Virus record (IMG/VR): IMGVR_UViG_3300020043_000469
Coordinates: 1-24,045 of that record
DNA from: a virus
Lineage: Duplodnaviria; Caudoviricetes
Strand: one strand, 5' to 3'
DNA: 24,045 nucleotides
This document shows, piece by piece, positions 23,225-24,045 of the stretch; the stretch's first letter is position 1, and each line of letters starts with the position of its first letter. The notes beneath the pieces are model-generated. The model saw nothing but the letters and a program-made list of their open reading frames with translations, did not search any database and had not been told where the DNA came from. The position numbers and the translations under genes are program-made.

Positions 23225-24045
23225 ATTGGGGGAATGTACGTTTCCAAGTCGCTGGGGCATATTTGCCATTTTTTGATTGGGCACTTGCCTGCCTCCTCCC
23301 TTCGACTTTGCTGAATGTATCCGAGTGCTTTCAGCTGCTGACCCAGCTTGTGGAGGCTCAACGACTGCCGTGAGTTCATGTCGATATAGACTTTTATCTC
23401 GCTGGTGGTCATCCACTTTTGCACGTTTGTACTTGGCGGCTTGAAGTATTTGACGATCAACTCGCGCTCCAAACTTGGCTGCTCGTTGTCCATCGTGTTG
23501 TTGTTGAGGTACGCCGTGTCTTGCTGATCCAAATACCATGCCTTCGGGTTCGCCTTCCATTCGTTGTACAGCTCTATCCACAGGTCTACTTTGTCGATGG
23601 CTTCGTAGCTATCCCAGTCAATGCTGACCACGTCAATCGGCACGATGCGTCTATTGCCGGTCGGATCGTTTATGATTTCGGCCTCGTTTGATGTGCCGCA
23701 TAACACTGCTACGCGCCGCAGTTCTTCATGCACTTTGCCGTACGGCTTTCGTATTGTGAACGTCTGGCGGCTGGAAAGTTCTTTGAGCTTCTTGGCCTCC
23801 TGTTTGCTTTTGCCTCCAAATTCATCGTCGCACAGTATTATCTTTTTACACATCAGGATTTCGTCATCCTTACCGGCATCGAGTTTTGATTCGCCGTAAT
23901 ACGAGCGCAGTTCTTCGGGTAGCAGGTATCGGAAGAAATTGGTCTTGCCGATGCCTTGCGCTCCTGTCAGCACAAGGCAGATTACGGAGTAGTCGTAGTG
24001 CATGGATGCGACTACGCCATGAAGCCATTTTTTAAGGAAATTAGC
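23218..24045 (-). CDS. VapE/VirE-like P-loop ATPase (primase-associated helicase domain), 5' partial
   Basis: LTGAQGIGKT (Walker A), LCDDEF, IRKPYG and CGTSN...DPTGNRR motifs; the frame stays open to the right edge. Confidence 0.85.
   Translation of the reverse strand, partial: ANFLKKWLHGVVASMHYDYSVICLVLTGAQGIGKTNFFRYLLPEELRSYYGESKLDAGKDDEILMCKKIILCDDEFGGKSKQEAKKLKELSSRQTFTIRKPYGKVHEELRRVAVLCGTSNEAEIINDPTGNRRIVPIDVVSIDWDSYEAIDKVDLWIELYNEWKANPKAWYLDQQDTAYLNNNTMDNEQPSLERELIVKYFKPPSTNVQKWMTTSEIKVYIDMNSRQSLSLHKLGQQLKALGYIQQSRREEAGKCPIKKWQICPSDLETYIPPIL

Noticed and set aside
23012-23581. 190-aa N-terminal extension of the helicase in the ORF track (701 aa)
   Set aside because: It overlaps the VapE-like gene in another frame and crosses the AT-rich repeat spacer; helicase motifs begin at VTTLRPYQ (GTG 23011).
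366-23899. All plus-strand ORFs and short nested minus-strand ORFs in the track
   Set aside because: They shadow a tightly packed, coupled minus-strand gene set and show no recognisable motifs.
1-24045. CRISPR array, tRNA/rRNA, integrase/att site, transposase, DGR reverse transcriptase
   Set aside because: None was recognisable by eye, and almost no intergenic space remains for them.

Overview
A 24-kb piece of a tailed dsDNA phage genome, probably a siphovirus of a Bacteroidota host (inferred from TAnnTTTG promoter boxes, no obvious Shine-Dalgarno motifs and the gene types). All credible genes are on the minus strand. In transcription order: VapE/VirE-like P-loop ATPase (partial), an AT-rich repeat spacer (candidate origin), SF2 helicase, VRR-NUC nuclease, DnaA-C-like HTH, sigma-like factor, small ORFs, terminase small subunit, DNA methyltransferase, terminase large subunit, hexapeptide acetyltransferase, glycosyltransferase, frameshifted tail chaperone, tail genes, tape measure, prohead protease, scaffold, major capsid, tail tube, a second glycosyltransferase, a lectin-domain protein, portal and neck/tail-completion genes. 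Main observation: the large terminase Walker A motif (GGTSAG|KT) is split by a 32-nt insert bounded by matching GGA codons. The insert carries a perfect 8-bp GC hairpin and an in-frame stop, which is the architecture of a programmed ribosomal bypass (hop) element. Also seen: a bipartite phage promoter TGCAYA-N14-GATATTTA (6 copies, 4 of them exactly 5 nt before ATG), host-type promoters in front of the glycan-modification genes and the sigma gene, a -1 slippery site, a 303-nt duplication in the tape measure gene and a methyltransferase cassette flanked by 10-bp direct repeats. Product calls come from motif recognition and synteny by eye; no database searches were run.
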